Source: Macrostomum hystrix | Taxonomy: Eukaryota > Animalia > Platyhelminthes | DNA length: 64,000 nt | Assembly (NCBI GenBank): GCA_950097015.1 | Contig: CATNEN010000030.1 | Location: 248,001-312,000 of the forward strand | Direction: 5' to 3' | In this document: piece after piece, positions 61,101 through 64,000 of the stretch | How positions within the stretch are numbered: position 1 is the stretch's first letter | How the letters are laid out: the number at the start of each line of letters is the position of its first letter | Notes under the pieces: generated by a model | What the model was told of the DNA's origin: nothing | The model's input: the letters and a program-made list of their open reading frames with translations, nothing else | The model's database searches: none | Position numbers and translations under genes: made by a program

Positions 61101-64000
61101 CCAGTCCCACACCACCAGTCCCACACCTGCCAGTCCCACACCCACCAGTCCCACACCTACCAGTCCCACACCCACCAGTCCCACACCCACCAGTCCCACA
61201 CCCACCAGTCCCACAACCACCAGTCCCACACCTGCCAGTCCCACACCCACCAGTCCCAGTGCATTACGTTTTCCTAGTTCTAAAGTCAAGTCGCCGCACC
61301 CACTCGGCAATCCAGGTGCGCCTATGCTGGGACGATCCCTCTACGCTGAGTCCCAGATTCCCGTTCCTCATCGATGCCAAAGGCCGCACTCCGTCCACTC
61401 TGGACATCAACATCTGCCAAAAGACGGTGCAGACGGACTATTCGGGCCAGCTGCTGACGGTGTCAATGCTGGAAGCCGAAATCGATCCCACGGCCTACGC
61501 GCTGATTCGGATCTACGACATGATGTCTTCTAACCTGCTTGTGGCCTTCTGGAATGTCAGCATGCGCAACGACACCAGGCCTCCCAGGCCGTTCATCTAC
61601 CAGGGCGTTGTGTCCCGCAGGCAGATTCTGCGCATAGAGATGACCTGGGTCAAGAACACCCGGCTAACCAGTTGCGCAACTTTTGAACCCTGCGTCCGCG
61701 TCATTCTGCAGGTGAGTTTTGCCAGGTCAGGAGTTCGAATCTGTGCCCTTAGGGAATCGCGTCTTTTCACTAGACACACAATCGTTTTTTAAGTATAAGC
61801 TGGGTTGGAAATTTGGGTGGGTGTTGCCGCTTATCTAGTCCATGGACTAAACAGCAGTACGCAGCCTTTGTACTAAATTCCCTACCCTGCACTCCCTAAC
61901 CTATATTTACTAGCCTACAATCCCTACCCTACGTTCCCTACCCTAATAATAAAAATAAATGCAGGAGGGCTGCAGGCAATGGCAGTTTATTTGGTGACAC
62001 TAGACCCGCAGCCAGCGAGGAGGCAATTCTGCCCATTTCGCTGACTCTTGAGCACCCACGCACACAGTTACCGTAGGCAGGCACACACTCACACAGGTGT
62101 GTACATCTGCCCTGACTTTCTCATCTTCAGGCAGTGTACACTTTCACTGTGCCTTGGAGGTTGGCCCTCAAGGGCGTACACTGCACGACAAGCCCCCAAG
62201 CCTTCTCTCAGCGGCTGCGCCCCAAATAAATGTGGCCTCGCCGCGGAATCGAACTTAGGAACCTTGGTGCGAGAGGCAAACGCGTTGACCGCTCTGGCAC
62301 CGACCTCCTCGCTCCCTACCTTACATTCTCAAACCTAGATTCCCTACCCTACATTCCCTACCCTACATTCCCTACCCTACATTCCCTACCCTATATTCCC
62401 TACCCCACATTCCAACGTCTTATGGTTCGAAAGTGTCATTTGAACTCCATCTCGTGACCCAAGGTGTCCGTGGACGAAGGTCGCAAGATGACCGAGCTGT
62501 CAGTGACCGAGTCGGAGTTTTACTCGAACGTACAGCGCGGCCTGACGGTGGCCAATCCCTGGACTTACGTTGTGGTCCGCGAGAGCTCCTTCCGGGCTAA
62601 TCTGTTTGACGCCGGTTTAAAAATTGTCAACGGCTCCAGTGACGTGTTCGTTAATAAAACCAATTTCCATGGCAACGAACGCGCCGGACTCAACATCACC
62701 ACGGCTAGCGGCCTGCGAATTGTCAACGCCAGCACCTTCCAGTATCAGCAGGGCTTCGGCCTGGACGTTTGGCATCAGTACGAGAACCAGACCAGATTCG
62801 GCACGCAAGGCTATCCTAGGCAGACGGAGGTGTTTACCTCCAACTTCAGCTGGAATGTTGAGGCCGCTGTCAGGTGAGTGATTGCTCAAACTTTTGTAGC
62901 ATTCTGTGATAGCTCTGGGTATAGTTCTGATAGTTCTGGGTCATTAACAAGGAATAGTTCTGGGTCCTAAACAAGGAATAGTTCTGGGTCATAAACAAGG
63001 AATAGTTCTGGGTAATAAACAAGGAATAGTTATGGGTCATTAACAAGGAAGTTATGGGTCATGAGCAAGAAATAGTTCTGGGTCATAAATAAGGAATAGT
63101 TATGGGTCCTTAACAAGGAATAGTTCTGGGTCATAAACAAGGAATAGTTCTGGGTCATAAACAAGGAATAGTCCTGGGTCCTTAACAAGGAATAGTCCTG
63201 GGTCCTTAACAAGGAATAGTTCTGGGTCATTAACAAAGAATAGTTCTGGGTCATTAACAAGGAATAGTTCTGGGTCATTAACAAGGAATAGTTCTGGGTC
63301 ATTAACAAGGAATAGTTCTGGGTCATTAACAAGGAATAGTTATGGGTCATGAGCAAGAAACAGTTCTGGGTCATAAATAAGGAATAGTTATGGGTCCTTA
63401 ACAAGGAATAGTTATGGGTCATTAACAAGGAATAGTTCTGGATCATTAACAAGGAATAGTTCTGGGTCATTAACAAGGAATAGTTCTGGATCATTAACAA
63501 GGAATAGTTCTGGGTCATTAACAAGGAATAGTTCTGGGTCATGAGCAAGAAACAGTTCTGGGTCATAAATAAGGAATAGTTATGGGTCCTTAACAAGGAA
63601 TAGTTATGGGTCCTTAACAAGGAATAGTTATGGGTCCTTAACAAGGAATAGTTATGGGTCCTTAACAAGGAATAGTTATGGGTCATTAACAAGGAATAGT
63701 TCTGGGTCATTAACAAGGAATAGTTCTGGGTCATTAACAAGGAATAGTTCTGGGTCATTAACAAGGAATAGTTCTGGGTCATAAGCAAGGAATAGTTCTG
63801 GGTCATAAGCAAGGAATAGTTCTGGGTCATGAATTGCAAATGCTCAGCACGCAATCACTCTCCCACGTGACCTCAGATTCTACAACTCGTGCGACACTCA
63901 CAACATCGTGGTGAACAACAGCGACTTCCGTCAGAACCAGCGCCAGGCCATCATGGCATTCTCCTGCCTGTACAGCCCGCGCGGCGTCACCAACTTCACC
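58109..64000 (+). CDS. bark: Bark beetle/anakonda-like SRCR and parallel beta-helix protein (5' part; continues past the window)
   Basis: Signal peptide. Exons 58109-58351, 59090-59262, 59835-60102, 60211-60618, 61316-61711, 62464-62873, 63877->64000 are phase-consistent. SPY..V.PGV..GTILAKGT leader; SRCR LRLVHG..GRWRNIC..WSKIDCRVACRELGF..C.GNESSVFNC; beta-helix repeats such as IWDSEFANNRGHGFHI. Confidence 0.8.
58440..58675 (+). mobile_element. SINE family A copy (internal deletion in the head)
   Basis: Matches family A; abuts a family B copy tail-to-tail. Confidence 0.85.
58676..58935 (-). mobile_element. SINE family B, diverged and partial
   Basis: GACCCGCAGCTAGGGAGGAGGCAATTCTGCC and downstream blocks match family B in reverse orientation. 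Confidence 0.7.
60625..61258. repeat. C-rich minisatellite, 30-bp units changing to 15-bp units (CCACACCTGCCAGTC), bark intron 4
   Basis: Begins immediately after the donor at 60619. Confidence 0.93.
61945..62298 (-). mobile_element. SINE family B, near full length, inserted in a CCCTACCCTACATT array
   Basis: Reverse-complement match to 30699-31065; CCCTAC repeats on both flanks (about 61875-61944 and 62300-62412). Confidence 0.88.
62930..63830. repeat. Minisatellite, 24-bp unit AACAAGGAATAGTTCTGGGTCATT, bark intron 6
   Basis: About 37 units filling the intron. Confidence 0.96.

Noticed and set aside
61875-62412. CCCTAC repeats as interstitial telomere sequence
   Set aside because: The unit is a 14-bp CCCTACCCTACATT, not (CCCTAA)n; treated as an ordinary minisatellite.

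Overview
This is a eukaryotic (animal) genomic window. It has GC-rich exons, AT-rich intergenic DNA, GT-AG introns packed with minisatellites, and tRNA-derived SINEs; this style suggests a free-living flatworm such as Macrostomum (inference only). I reconstructed these genes by hand from splice sites and reading phase: an FMNL-type formin (-, 7 exons), a partial single-pass membrane protein (+), a PUF60/half-pint-like protein with two RRMs and no visible UHM (+), a neuropeptide-like prohormone (+), an acidic repeat/coiled-coil protein (-), exportin-5 (+, 13 exons, with an intronic tRNA-Pro), and a bark beetle/anakonda-like SRCR protein (+, running off the window end). Mobile DNA includes an intact DD34E Tc1 element, a solo-LTR candidate, two SINE families and LINE relics. 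The most unusual signal is that five separate minisatellites with different unit lengths all carry the same 3' splice-site-like core (YAG-N5-YAG-NYTGY) on the sense strand of the host or adjacent gene. No CRISPR or other prokaryotic system is supported.
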